Below are positions 63,846 to 64,000 of a DNA stretch of 64,000 nt, piece by piece; position 1 is the stretch's first letter; every line of letters begins with the position of its first letter. A program made the translations under genes and the position numbers. The notes beneath the pieces were generated by a model. It was not told the origin of the DNA. It searched no databases and saw only the letters and a list, made by a program, of their open reading frames with translations. The stretch is taken from contig DATDIT010000021.1 of the NCBI GenBank assembly GCA_036520875.1, positions 3,149-67,148 on the forward strand, written 5' to 3'. Origin of the DNA: Candidatus Acidiferrales bacterium. Lineage in GTDB: Bacteria > Acidobacteriota > Terriglobia > Acidiferrales > UBA7541.

Positions 63846-64000
63846 TCAAAAGCGAAAAATCAGGCCCAGATTCGCCTGAAACTGTTGGGCGTAATTATTG
63901 ACGTTGGCTTCGTAGGGACCGAAAAACGGATCGAAAAACGTCTCGACCTGTGAAGTGGTGCGAGAAGGCACCCAGCGCACGTCGAAGCGCACTCCGGCAT
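63846..64000 (-). CDS. C-terminal 51 codons of a probable outer-membrane beta-barrel protein (runs off the window)
   Basis: The minus-strand frame is open to the window edge. It ends ...YEANVNNYAQQFQANLGLIFRF-stop, with alternating hydrophobic residues and a terminal Phe typical of OMP C-termini. Confidence 0.35.
   Translation of the reverse strand, partial: AGVRFDVRWVPSRTTSQVETFFDPFFGPYEANVNNYAQQFQANLGLIFRF

Overview
This 64-kb stretch looks like the chromosome of a moderately GC-rich Gram-negative soil bacterium. I infer Acidobacteriota from three things: three paralogues of the VWFA-related acidobacterial domain family, a YXWGXW-repeat protein, and short palindromic intergenic repeats of the type GGGCACGGCATGCTGTGCCC. 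That placement has not been checked against any database.

About 50 protein genes sit on both strands, and most are housekeeping genes:
- Cell shape and envelope: mreB-mreC-mreD, lpxD, lspA-lgt, a small transpeptidase-only PBP, and a TonB-family protein.
- Information processing: recA, ileS, rluD, queG, and a UvrD-type helicase fused to a Cas4/AddB-type nuclease.
- Metabolism: fabH, proB-proA, hemH, an acyl-CoA dehydrogenase, a class V aminotransferase, a GH63-like glucosidase, and two tannase/feruloyl-esterase paralogues.
- Transport: an APC permease and a DUF47 plus PiT phosphate transporter pair.

I saw no rRNA gene, tRNA gene, CRISPR array, prophage or intact mobile element.

The most interesting items are:
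1. A redoxin gene on the minus strand (28027-29103) is interrupted by a single in-frame TGA exactly at the first Cys of its W-C-x-x-C motif. A perfect hairpin follows 14 nt downstream. This fits a selenocysteine (UxxC) protein that the ORF track splits in two.
2. An 840-bp gene-free region (53928-54770) holds a promoter-to-terminator unit that looks like an orphan structured sRNA, plus several repeat types.
3. Several unusual domain architectures and neighbourhoods are present:
   - a PilZ-TM-SPOR protein;
   - three VWA paralogues around a secreted hydrolase;
   - an 821-codon secreted orphan where mrdA/rodA would normally follow mreBCD;
   - a YXWGXW protein with an Asn/Pro/Arg-rich repeat tail.

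All family assignments come from reading motifs in the supplied translations. No searches were run.
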